DNA of 64,000 nt from Candidatus Thiopontia autotrophica (GCA_014384675.1 JACNFK010000014.1:1213-65212); one strand, 5' to 3'. Shown: positions 40,616 to 49,478, counted from the stretch's first letter. Notes: generated by a model not told the origin, from the letters alone. Numbers and translations: made by a program.

Positions 40616-43051
40616 ATGAAACGATTTGGAATTTCGGCATTCTGGCAGGCAATTATTGTAACTATTGCGGCCTACCTGATATTTACCAATGCCTTTCCTC
40701 CATTGATGCCAAAGTCACTGGTGGTTCAGTTTATGCTGATTACCGTGATAGGGGTGCTACTCTACTTCTCTTTTGATGATGAGCGCTGGGCAGAATTTTT
40801 AAGTCCCATTCAGAATGTTCTGCGAGGCGGTGGTTTCCGTTTGACGGTTACCCGTTGGCTCTTCCTGCTTGCAATCCCTGCAGTGGTTGGTTACACAACC
40901 TATGGGTTGGTCAAACCATCACTGGACTCTCCTGTGGAGCTGCGCCAGGTTCATCCTGCCCCTCCATCAACCGTCAAGATCTGGGGCAAGAATTTTGATC
41001 TAAACAGTCTGGAGAGCCCGATCCGTACCGAGGTGCTGACCCAGTGGAAGAGTGGTGAGCGTGAGGGAGCCATGGAGATCTATAACGAGTCAGTCAATGC
41101 GGGCCGTGATGTCTACTATGGCAACTGCTTCTTCTGTCACGGTGATCTGCTGGATGGCAAGGGCCACTATGCGGAAGGGTTTAACCCTCAACCCATCAAT
41201 TTTCAGGATCCAACTGTAATTCCACAACAGCAGGAGGCCTTCCTCTTCTGGCGTGCGGCAACAGGTGGTCCAGGTCTGCCCAAGGAGGGAACTCCATGGA
41301 ACTCTGCAATGCCGGTCTGGCACGAAATGTTGAGTGAGGATGATATCTGGAATGTGCTGATGTTTATCTTCGACTACAACGAGCAGGTTCCAAGAATCTG
41401 GAATCTGGAAGATTCTGAGGCAGCTACAGGAATCAGAGACTCTATTCTCGAGGCCCGCAAAGGGATGGGGGGAGATGAACTCTACCAGTTCCGCTGTATG
41501 GTCTGTCACGGTGAGGAGGGCATGGGTGATGGTGTTGCTGCAGAGTTGATGTACCCCAAGCCACGTGATTTCTCCTTGTCGATGTTTAAATACAAAAGCT
41601 CTCCAGGAACAATCCTGCCAAGGGATGAAGATCTTTTCCATACCATCAAGTTTGGACTGGATGGTACGGGAATGCCAGGTTGGGGAACCCTGCTTAGCGA
41701 TGAGCAGATCAGTAGTCTGATACCGGTAATCAAGTCGTTTGATATTGCCGCAGCATGGCCGCCAGAAGAGGCGGATGATGAAGATTATGATGAGGATAGC
41801 GGCCGTTATCTGAAGGATGATTTCCAGGTAATTACCGAGCGTGAACCGGAAGAGGGACAGATTGCATACACCCCGGAGTCAATAGAGAAGGGCAAGGCTG
41901 CCTTCGAAAAGTCATGTACAGAGTGTCACGGTGATACTGGACGAGGCAATATCATGTCCGGTAAACAGCTAGCGGATGACTGGGGTAATCGTATCTGGCC
42001 ACGAGATCTGACCAAGCCATGGACTTGGCGCGCCACCAACTATACTGCTGGCAAGACTCCGGAAGAGAGCCGAGATCAGACTGTGCGCAATATCTATAGT
42101 CGACTATCTATCGGCATACCAGGAACTCCAATGCCAGCTCACCGAGCTACAGAAGAGGGGAATAAAGATCCGGTAAGTCTGGAGGATCGTTGGCATATTG
42201 CCAATTATGTATACAGCCTGCGCGAAACCACTACCCAGCTGGGTGATAATAATGTGATTCGTGCAGCCAAGGTAGCTGGGGCTCTCCCTGATAGTATGGA
42301 TGATGCCGGTTGGGAAGGGGCTGAGCCTACAACTCTGATGATGGTTCCTAATATCATCAAGGAAGAGCGTCTCTTCACCCCGCTTAATGATGCAATTACT
42401 GTGCGTGCCCTCTACAACAAAAAGGAGATCGCCCTGCTGCTGGAGTTTGATGACCGTACTGATAGTCGTCCCGGTGAAGAGACCTCGGAGGGAATTCAGG
42501 ATGAGGATCTGGAGCTGTTCTCGGATGCGGTTGCGGTTCAGTTCCCCAAGGAGGATGGATTTGAGACCTCACCGGTAGTGGTTAAGCCGTTATACCGCCA
42601 CGGTGATGGCAGACACCACACAACCATGTGGTACTGGAATGCTGGTAGTGTAGAGCCGGCTGTTGCCGATTCCGGGATGTTGCTGGATGCCTCTGGCCCA
42701 GACAAGAAGATCGAGCCACGAATTGGTGATACCTCTCTCTTGACCGAAGGTAGATGGAAAGATGGTCGCTGGCAGGTACTGATGAAGCGTTCACGCAATG
42801 GTGGAGGCAGGGATGGCAAAACTGGTGATCTCAACTTTGTTGAGGGCAGATTCCTCCCCATCTCCTTTGCCAACTGGGATGGCAGTAATGGCGAGAAGGG
42901 TGCCAGACATACCCTCACCACATGGACCTGGTTGGTGCTGCCACCAGAGATTGATGAGCAGCGACTCTATGGGGTTCCTGGGGGTGTTGCCTTTGCCATC
43001 TTCCTTGCCGGCCTTATTTTGGTAAGAACCCAGCGTAGAGGTGCCAAGTAG
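40616..43051 (+). CDS. Membrane-bound triheme cytochrome c with a large C-terminal domain
   Basis: Three N-terminal TM helices, three class-I-like heme sites (CFFCHGD, CMVCHGE, CTECHGD) and a C-terminal TM helix. 811 aa. Confidence 0.75.
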   Translation: MKRFGISAFWQAIIVTIAAYLIFTNAFPPLMPKSLVVQFMLITVIGVLLYFSFDDERWAEFLSPIQNVLRGGGFRLTVTRWLFLLAIPAVVGYTTYGLVKPSLDSPVELRQVHPAPPSTVKIWGKNFDLNSLESPIRTEVLTQWKSGEREGAMEIYNESVNAGRDVYYGNCFFCHGDLLDGKGHYAEGFNPQPINFQDPTVIPQQQEAFLFWRAATGGPGLPKEGTPWNSAMPVWHEMLSEDDIWNVLMFIFDYNEQVPRIWNLEDSEAATGIRDSILEARKGMGGDELYQFRCMVCHGEEGMGDGVAAELMYPKPRDFSLSMFKYKSSPGTILPRDEDLFHTIKFGLDGTGMPGWGTLLSDEQISSLIPVIKSFDIAAAWPPEEADDEDYDEDSGRYLKDDFQVITEREPEEGQIAYTPESIEKGKAAFEKSCTECHGDTGRGNIMSGKQLADDWGNRIWPRDLTKPWTWRATNYTAGKTPEESRDQTVRNIYSRLSIGIPGTPMPAHRATEEGNKDPVSLEDRWHIANYVYSLRETTTQLGDNNVIRAAKVAGALPDSMDDAGWEGAEPTTLMMVPNIIKEERLFTPLNDAITVRALYNKKEIALLLEFDDRTDSRPGEETSEGIQDEDLELFSDAVAVQFPKEDGFETSPVVVKPLYRHGDGRHHTTMWYWNAGSVEPAVADSGMLLDASGPDKKIEPRIGDTSLLTEGRWKDGRWQVLMKRSRNGGGRDGKTGDLNFVEGRFLPISFANWDGSNGEKGARHTLTTWTWLVLPPEIDEQRLYGVPGGVAFAIFLAGLILVRTQRRGAK

Positions 43052-43120
43052 GCTCTCTATTCTCGGACAGCCTCCAAGTAGTCTTCTCTGCAGTGATAGT
43101 TAATTGATTGCCCTTGATTT

Positions 43121-43154
43121 ACCCTCCCGGCACTGTCGGCGAGGGTATTTTTTT
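43121..43154 (+). terminator. Rho-independent terminator after the triheme cytochrome gene
   Basis: ACCCTC...GAGGGT stem followed by ATTTTTTT. Confidence 0.5.
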
Positions 43155-43183
43155 GAATGTAACGTTCTGTTTGAGTGGTCAGT

Positions 43184-43241
43184 TGAACGATTCGTTTAAG
43201 TAGTTCACCATAGTTACAGATAAAGTGAATAATGTGTTCAC
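43184..43241. promoter_or_regulatory. Two TGAA-N7-TTCA palindromes (candidate UAS sites) upstream of the CCP operon promoter
   Basis: TGAACGATTCGTTTA (43184-43198, one mismatch) and GTGAATAATGTGTTCAC (43225-43241). Both have the same half-site and spacing as the 36976-37087 sites. Confidence 0.5.
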
Positions 43242-43328
43242 TTTTTGCTATATAAGCTGGCGCTAATAATTGGGCAAATAAATAATAACTAACTGAAAAC
43301 ACTGATATAAGTAAAATATTATATTTTC

Positions 43329-43344
43329 TGGCACAGAAAATGCT
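43329..43344 (+). promoter_or_regulatory. Sigma-54 (-24/-12) promoter for the CCP-CCP-Rieske-Mo operon
   Basis: TGGCACAGAAAATGCT, exact TGGCAC with a correctly spaced GC, about 120 nt upstream of the first CCP start. Confidence 0.6.
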
Positions 43345-43466
43345 TAATACTTAGTGGTTATAAATAGATTGGGCGGGGGTTATTGCCCAAAGAACCAGGT
43401 TTTTTATAGGTTCGTCAGCAGTTTTGGCGAATATTTTTTTGTTAAACCATACAACGGAGAAACAAT

Positions 43467-44603
43467 ATGGGAGAACGACTGAAAACAGTGCAAGGTGCAA
43501 TCGCAGCAACGATTGCCCTGAGCCTGAGTGTCGGGGTATCCACAGCGGTTGCAGCAGGGTCTCATGGACCAGTTGCCAAGATCGATGTGAATGCTGCGAA
43601 GGCTGAGCTCGGTAAACGACTCTTCTTTGACCGCCGCCTATCGGGTGATGCGGGTATAGCATGTGCGGATTGTCACAGTCCAGATCACGGTTTTGGTAGT
43701 AAGGATGCGCTTTCACCTGGATACCCAGGTAACGGCCATTTCCGCAACGCACCATCACTGGTGAATACGGCACATAAGAAGACATGGATGCATGATGGCC
43801 GCCTCGGTACCAACCTCAATGATGTTACTCGTGAGATGCTCACAGAGGACTACATCATGAATATGGACATGCGGATGATGCAGGAACGTGTCAAACAGGA
43901 TTCAGAATACCTGGCACTCTACAAGGCTGCAGGTATGAATGAGCCATCAAATGGCAGTATTCGTAAAATGCTCCCTATCTTCATGAAGACTCTGACCACA
44001 CGCAATGCGCCAGTGGACAATGGGACTATGAGTGATGCAGCAAAACGTGGCGGAGCAATCTTTGACGGCAAGGGTGGATGTAACCAGTGTCATACTGGTG
44101 CCCTCTACTCAGATGGTGGTCGTCACAACACAGGTGTTCCTGAGAATCTGGATGTCTTCCTTGATCCAATGAACCATCAGGCATACCTAGCCTACGGAAT
44201 TGGTATGGGGGTTGAGAATATTTTCAATACCAAACGTGATATTGGTGCGGCAGTACAGACTCATGAGGCTGACGGTTCTGACCGCGGCATGTTCATGACC
44301 CCGCAGTTACGTGGTCTCAAGTACAGTGCTCCATATATGCATAACGGCATGATGGGCACGCTTGATGATGTGGTTGAGTTCTACAATCAGGGTGGTGGTC
44401 AGGATAGCAACAAGAGCTCTCTGCTTAAGCCACTACGTTTGACTGACGGTGAGAAAGCTGATCTGGTGGCCTATCTTGAGGCACTATCAGGCGACGCACT
44501 GACTGGTCCAGAGTTTGTATGGTCCAAGCCATTCCCTGCAGAGTATGAGGTTATCGAGAACTGGAGACAGGTCGATAACCGTACACGTGCACCAATCAAA
44601 TAA
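43467..44603 (+). CDS. Di-heme cytochrome c peroxidase (CCP/MauG family); IdrP1-like
   Basis: Signal peptide. Two CxxCH motifs (CADCHSP and CNQCHTG) and a conserved CCP C-terminal block (MHNGMMGTLDDVVEFYNQGGG). Confidence 0.85.
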   Translation: MGERLKTVQGAIAATIALSLSVGVSTAVAAGSHGPVAKIDVNAAKAELGKRLFFDRRLSGDAGIACADCHSPDHGFGSKDALSPGYPGNGHFRNAPSLVNTAHKKTWMHDGRLGTNLNDVTREMLTEDYIMNMDMRMMQERVKQDSEYLALYKAAGMNEPSNGSIRKMLPIFMKTLTTRNAPVDNGTMSDAAKRGGAIFDGKGGCNQCHTGALYSDGGRHNTGVPENLDVFLDPMNHQAYLAYGIGMGVENIFNTKRDIGAAVQTHEADGSDRGMFMTPQLRGLKYSAPYMHNGMMGTLDDVVEFYNQGGGQDSNKSSLLKPLRLTDGEKADLVAYLEALSGDALTGPEFVWSKPFPAEYEVIENWRQVDNRTRAPIK

Positions 44604-44622
44604 GCGATCAGGAGAGTTAATT

Positions 44623-45882
44623 ATGTTTGAAAAGAAAAACAGAAACCCAATCGCTGTTGCTGTCGTAATGACTACAACATTGATGGTTGGATGTACCTCA
44701 CAGGCGGGTTCTGTTGCCACCGAGACTGCAGCTGCTCCAACAGTTGTTGCCTCCATGGATAGTGGAACACCTATAGTAGCACCTGGCCTTAAGCCGGCTG
44801 GCGCCTCAATCAACCCATCTCTGGCGGCACTTGGTCCAGTACCGGTTCCTCCAGATAACCCCATCACTCCTGCAAAGGTAGAGCTGGGCAAGATGTTGTT
44901 TTTTGAGCCAGCAATCGGTGGTGATACCTCAACTCCTTGCTCTGCATGTCATGAGCCGGATCAGGGTTGGGCATGGGCCGAGGATATCTCTCGTGGATAC
45001 CCAGGTACTGTTCACTGGCGTAACAGCCAGACTGCGGTTAACTCAGCCTACTACCCACGTCTCTTCTGGGCAGGTTCTGTATCCTCACTAGAGGCACAGG
45101 CCAAGTCTGCGGCAGGCGGTGCAGTAGCAGGTAATGCGGAGTTCGATATTGTTGAGGCCCGTCTTGCTCTGATGCCAGAGTACAGAAAACGTTTCAATGA
45201 GGTCTTCGGCGACGAAATGCCTCTATACAGAAATGCATTCCGTGCGATTGCTGCTTTTGAGCGTGCTGAGCTGGTTCAGCGTGATGCACCAATTGATAAC
45301 TACTTCAATGGTGATGACAGCGCACTGAGCGAAGAGCAGAAGCGCGGTATGGCTCTGTTTAACGGCAAGGCAAACTGTATTGAGTGTCATAATGGCCCAA
45401 TGGCTACGGATTTTGACTTCTACAATATTGGTGTGCCTACTCTAGAGCGTTGGAAGACCGATGGTCTGGCACAGATAACTTATCGTTATGAGATGTATGC
45501 CAAGGGTTCAAACGAGGAGATGTATCGCAACTCCAAGGGCGATCCAGGCTTCTACTTCCGTGGTAAGAATAGCTGGGACAAGGGTAAATTCCGGGTTCCA
45601 TCACTGCGCTACACTATGTATACCGCACCGTATATGCATAACGGCACACTCATGACACTGGAAGATGTTGTTGACTTCTATAATGAGGGCGGTGGCCATA
45701 ATGACTACTCCAAAAACAAGAGTGATCTTATCAAGCCTCTTGGTCTGAGTGATGAAGAGAAAGAAGATCTGGTTGCGTTCCTGGAGGCATTCTCTGGTGA
45801 TGAGATTGAGATTGAGCGTCCCAAGATGCCTGGTTATGCACCTCTGTTTACCAAGGCAGAGCTGATGATGGAGAAGAAATAA
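44623..45882 (+). CDS. Di-heme cytochrome c peroxidase, lipoprotein; IdrP2-like
   Basis: LMVGC lipobox. CSACHEP and CIECHNG heme motifs, and the CCP block MHNGTLMTLEDVVDFYNEGGG. The start is taken at MFEKKN, which has an AGGAG RBS. Confidence 0.85.
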   Translation: MFEKKNRNPIAVAVVMTTTLMVGCTSQAGSVATETAAAPTVVASMDSGTPIVAPGLKPAGASINPSLAALGPVPVPPDNPITPAKVELGKMLFFEPAIGGDTSTPCSACHEPDQGWAWAEDISRGYPGTVHWRNSQTAVNSAYYPRLFWAGSVSSLEAQAKSAAGGAVAGNAEFDIVEARLALMPEYRKRFNEVFGDEMPLYRNAFRAIAAFERAELVQRDAPIDNYFNGDDSALSEEQKRGMALFNGKANCIECHNGPMATDFDFYNIGVPTLERWKTDGLAQITYRYEMYAKGSNEEMYRNSKGDPGFYFRGKNSWDKGKFRVPSLRYTMYTAPYMHNGTLMTLEDVVDFYNEGGGHNDYSKNKSDLIKPLGLSDEEKEDLVAFLEAFSGDEIEIERPKMPGYAPLFTKAELMMEKK

Positions 45883-46478
45883 TGAGCACTAAAACAGAAG
45901 TGACAAAGAAAAGAGAGGACCAGACTGCTGGTGAGCACGGCAAGTGCATGCTCAACCGCCGTCAGTTCCTGATGTACAGTGGTGCTACTGCAGCCACTGC
46001 GAGCACTGTCTCTCTTACCCTGTTCCCAGGAACAGCCAAGGCTGTACAGACCAAGGCACGAGTGGTTGGTTATCCTCGCAAACTGGTTGGTAAGCTGAGT
46101 GAGATGAAGGATAACGTTCCAGTAATGATCAACTATCCAGATAATGGCAAGAACTCCATGGCTACCATGGTGAAGACTGGCGTTAAATGTGGTGGTGGAG
46201 TCGGTGCTGGACGTGACCTGGTTGCATTCAGTGCGCTCTGTACACATCAGGGTGGCCCACTGCTGGGACGTTACACTGCGGTAGATGAGCATAGAGTTAT
46301 GGGTTCATGCCCACTGCATCTATCTACCTACGATGTGACTCGCCATGGAATCATTGTCTCTGGTCAGGCTTATGAGAGTCTGCCACAGGTCCTCCTGGAG
46401 CTGGATGGAGATGATATCTACGCAGTTGGCATGATGGGGCTGATTTACGGCCGTAACCAGAACCTGATGGAATCTTAA
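45882..46478 (+). CDS. TAT-exported Rieske [2Fe-2S] small subunit (AioB/IdrB-like)
   Basis: RRQFL twin-arginine motif. The Rieske ligands are CTHQGGPL ... CPLHLSTY. The start overlaps the CCP2 stop. Confidence 0.8.
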   Translation: MSTKTEVTKKREDQTAGEHGKCMLNRRQFLMYSGATAATASTVSLTLFPGTAKAVQTKARVVGYPRKLVGKLSEMKDNVPVMINYPDNGKNSMATMVKTGVKCGGGVGAGRDLVAFSALCTHQGGPLLGRYTAVDEHRVMGSCPLHLSTYDVTRHGIIVSGQAYESLPQVLLELDGDDIYAVGMMGLIYGRNQNLMES

Positions 46479-46490
46479 GGAGAAAAAGAT

Positions 46491-49184
46491 ATGTCTACAA
46501 ATTATTATCTGCCAGAAGACTCCGCACCATTGCCACCCAAGCATGCGGAAGTCCTGACTACAGCCTGTGACTACTGTATTGTTGCCTGTGGCTATAAAGT
46601 CTATCGCTGGCCTGTCGGCTCTGGTGATGGTGGTCCAACTGCTGATGCAAATGCATTCGGTCAGGACTTCCCAACCAGCGCCCTTCAAAACTGGGTAGCC
46701 CCTGCACAGCATAATGTTGTTATGCACGGTGGTCGTCCACATAACGTGATCGTTGTCCCTGATAAGGACACTCAAGCGGTTAACAAAACCGGTGACTCCT
46801 CCATGCGTGGTGGTCTGCTTGCAGCCAAGTGCTACAATCCAAAGACCCCTACCCGTGATCGTCTCACCAATCCTATGGTACGTATCAACGGTACCCTTCA
46901 GCCAGTTAGTTGGGACTTCGCTCTCGATATTGCTGCTGAGGTTGGTAAGTATGTCATCAAGAACCATGGCGCTAACGCCTACTCGGTGAAGACATTCTCC
47001 TACCAGTATCTTGAGAACACCTATGCGATCAAGAAGTATGCACGTCGTAATGTAAATACTGCATCCTTCACCTTCCACGATACCCCATCTGACGTAACCT
47101 CTACACCAGGTTTCCGTGATGCCGGTTTCGATAACTTTGGCCCATCATATGATGACTGGGGAGATGCAGATGTACTGCAGATCCATGGTACAGATCCGTA
47201 TGAGACCAAGACCATTATCTATACGCAGTTCATCAAACCTGCGATTGAGCGTGGCATGAAGACCATCTGGCTGAATCCTCGTGAGACTGCCGGTATCGCC
47301 TATGCAAACAGCAAGGGTCCTGATCAGACTATCCACTTCCAGCTGACACTTGGTACCGATACGGTGCTTATGGGTGCAATTGCCCGTGTCATCTGTGAGA
47401 ACGGATGGGAGGACAAGGATTGGGTAAACAACTGGGTCAACAGCAAGTGGGAGACCTCTTCCGGCTTCGGTCAGGGAACCCGTAATACCCCATGGCAGTG
47501 GCGTACAACCTGGGGCATGTTCCAGCTCAAGGGTGGCTATAAAGGCTACAGCAAGTGGGTTCAGTCCAAGGATGAGTACAAGGTAGAGAATGCCGCGAAG
47601 ATCTGTGATGTTCCTGCTGCAGATATCATCAAGGCTGCTGAGTGGCTCACCAACAAGGGCGCTGGAACCAAGGCCTCCTTCGGTATCGAGAAGGGCTACT
47701 ACTGGTCCAACAATACCGGTAACACCAATGCTGTATCTTCACTGGCAACCATCTGTGGTGCCGGCGGACGTCCAGGACAGGTTGTTGGTCGCTTCGGTGG
47801 TCACCAGCGTGGTGGTGCAGGTGGCGGTAGCTATCCTCGTAACAAGTCTCCAGAGAAGCGTCCAGGTCGTCGTCGTCGTTCACTCGACACCGATCGTTAC
47901 CTGATCTCCGGTCACACCCGCTTTGCACACGTAATCGGCACTACCTGGATTCAGGCAATGACCGGTTCTCAGAGCCTCTACCACAAGTTCCATGAGCTGG
48001 TACTTGCCAACCCTAATCAGGTTAAATCCTATGATAAGGGTGATATCATCGAGACCCTGAAGAAGCGTGCTGATTCTGGTGGTATGGTTGTGATCAATCA
48101 GGATATCTATCTACGTGATCCAATCGGTGCCCGTTTCGCGGATGTGGTCTTCCCGGCTGCAACCTGGGGTGAGTCTGACTTCACCAGATCAAACGGTGAG
48201 CGTCGTCTTCGTATCTACAACAAGTTCTACGATGCCCCAGGACAGGCAATGCCAGACTGGTGGATTATTGGTGGAATGGCGAGCCGTATGGGCTACGAAG
48301 GCTTCGACTGGAAGAGCGCCAATGAGGTTGCGGAGGAGTCTACACGCTCCAGCCGTGGTAACCGTAAGGCATACCATATGATCAAGGTCGCGGCACATCG
48401 TGAGGGTAAAACCTTCCATGAGAAGATGCGTGAGTTTGGTACTACTGGTATCCAGGGACCAACAGTCTATAACTACAACACCGGTGAACTGCATGGAACC
48501 AAGCGTCTCCATGACACTACACTGACTGAAGCAGATATGGAGCGTATGGGTGTCACCCAGGGTGCCAACATGACCAACAAGAAGATGACGCACTTCAACT
48601 CTCAGACCGGTAAGGTCAATATCCAGAAGCATCCATGGAAACTGTTTGCAGACTTCCATGATTGGCTCTCTCCCAAGGGGGACGAGCTCTGGTTCTCGAA
48701 TGGTCGTATCAACGAGATCTGGCAGTCTGGATTTGATGATGTTGAGCGTCGTCCTTACGTGACACAGCGTTGGCCTGAGAACTGGGTAGAGATCCATCCT
48801 GATGATGCCAAGGCTCGTGGAATCGAGTCTGGTGATCAGGTCATGCTCTACTCTGATCGTGTGGTCGAGTCCAAGGACACCATCCTCGGTGTTCATGGCA
48901 ATGACTTCCAGTTCTCTGAGATGATGAAGAATGGTCATCTCAAGCTAACCAAGGCCGCAGTCACAGCCGTTGCAGTAATCGCTCCCCACCTGAAGAAGGG
49001 AATGATGTACGGCAATATGCTGGATATGCGCCAGCCCAACAATGCGTTGCAGAACCGCGTGGTCGATCAGATCAGTGGTAACTACAACTACAAGATGGGT
49101 GTGGCCAGGGTCAAGAAGATTGGTGAGTCGAAGTACAAGAAGGAGTTCCGCTCCATGTCCTTCGCACCACGTAATATCATCTAG
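46491..49184 (+). CDS. Molybdopterin (bis-MGD) oxidoreductase large subunit of the AioA/IdrA clade; an iodate reductase-type catalytic subunit is the favoured reading
   Basis: N-terminal LPPKHAEVLTTACDYCIVACGYKVYRWP contains the Cys-X2-Cys-X3-Cys 3Fe-4S motif diagnostic of arsenite oxidase-like enzymes. Further blocks (NVIVVPDKD, IWLNPRET, RFGGHQRGG) align with AioA. 897 aa. Confidence 0.85.
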   Translation: MSTNYYLPEDSAPLPPKHAEVLTTACDYCIVACGYKVYRWPVGSGDGGPTADANAFGQDFPTSALQNWVAPAQHNVVMHGGRPHNVIVVPDKDTQAVNKTGDSSMRGGLLAAKCYNPKTPTRDRLTNPMVRINGTLQPVSWDFALDIAAEVGKYVIKNHGANAYSVKTFSYQYLENTYAIKKYARRNVNTASFTFHDTPSDVTSTPGFRDAGFDNFGPSYDDWGDADVLQIHGTDPYETKTIIYTQFIKPAIERGMKTIWLNPRETAGIAYANSKGPDQTIHFQLTLGTDTVLMGAIARVICENGWEDKDWVNNWVNSKWETSSGFGQGTRNTPWQWRTTWGMFQLKGGYKGYSKWVQSKDEYKVENAAKICDVPAADIIKAAEWLTNKGAGTKASFGIEKGYYWSNNTGNTNAVSSLATICGAGGRPGQVVGRFGGHQRGGAGGGSYPRNKSPEKRPGRRRRSLDTDRYLISGHTRFAHVIGTTWIQAMTGSQSLYHKFHELVLANPNQVKSYDKGDIIETLKKRADSGGMVVINQDIYLRDPIGARFADVVFPAATWGESDFTRSNGERRLRIYNKFYDAPGQAMPDWWIIGGMASRMGYEGFDWKSANEVAEESTRSSRGNRKAYHMIKVAAHREGKTFHEKMREFGTTGIQGPTVYNYNTGELHGTKRLHDTTLTEADMERMGVTQGANMTNKKMTHFNSQTGKVNIQKHPWKLFADFHDWLSPKGDELWFSNGRINEIWQSGFDDVERRPYVTQRWPENWVEIHPDDAKARGIESGDQVMLYSDRVVESKDTILGVHGNDFQFSEMMKNGHLKLTKAAVTAVAVIAPHLKKGMMYGNMLDMRQPNNALQNRVVDQISGNYNYKMGVARVKKIGESKYKKEFRSMSFAPRNII

Positions 49185-49203
49185 ATCTGACCTTCGTGTT
49201 GTG

Positions 49204-49241
49204 AAAAACCCCGGTAGCTTAAATGCTACCGGGGTTTTTTT
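49204..49241. terminator. Strong bidirectional rho-independent terminator
   Basis: AAAAACCCCGGTAGC-TTAAAT-GCTACCGGGGTTTTTTT, a 15 bp perfect stem with an A-tract upstream and a T-tract downstream. Confidence 0.85.
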
Positions 49242-49478
49242 ATGGTGTTTGAATCCTTGTGAAAATTCTGAAAAAACTTTTTCAGAGGCTCCCTAACTAA
49301 CCATAGGTAGAAAAATTGATCCAGGTCAATTCAGTAGAATCAGTAATCAACTATAGTCTTAAGTGTCTGTTGTGATCTCCGATTATTATTCCTACATTAG
49401 TATGAAGAGGGAGCAGGCACCGCACCGGTTCACTTCTCCAAGCGAACCGGTGCATCTGTGTGAATGGTTGATGTAGTG

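Noticed and set aside
46320-48938. Minus-strand ORFs 46320-47078, 47647-47928 and 48189-48938
   Set aside because: They lie entirely within, and antisense to, the AioA/IdrA-like gene, which has strong family motifs.
45882-49184. Annotating the Rieske/Mo pair as arsenite oxidase AioBA
   Set aside because: The two in-operon di-heme peroxidases, the absence of aioXSR or ars genes, and an apparently missing arsenite-binding loop favour the iodate-reductase-type reading. Arsenite oxidase is kept as the alternative but not called.
49418-49448. Hairpin CACCGGTTC-N12-GAACCGGTG downstream of the hypothetical minus-strand gene
   Set aside because: No U-tract follows on either strand, so its significance is unclear.
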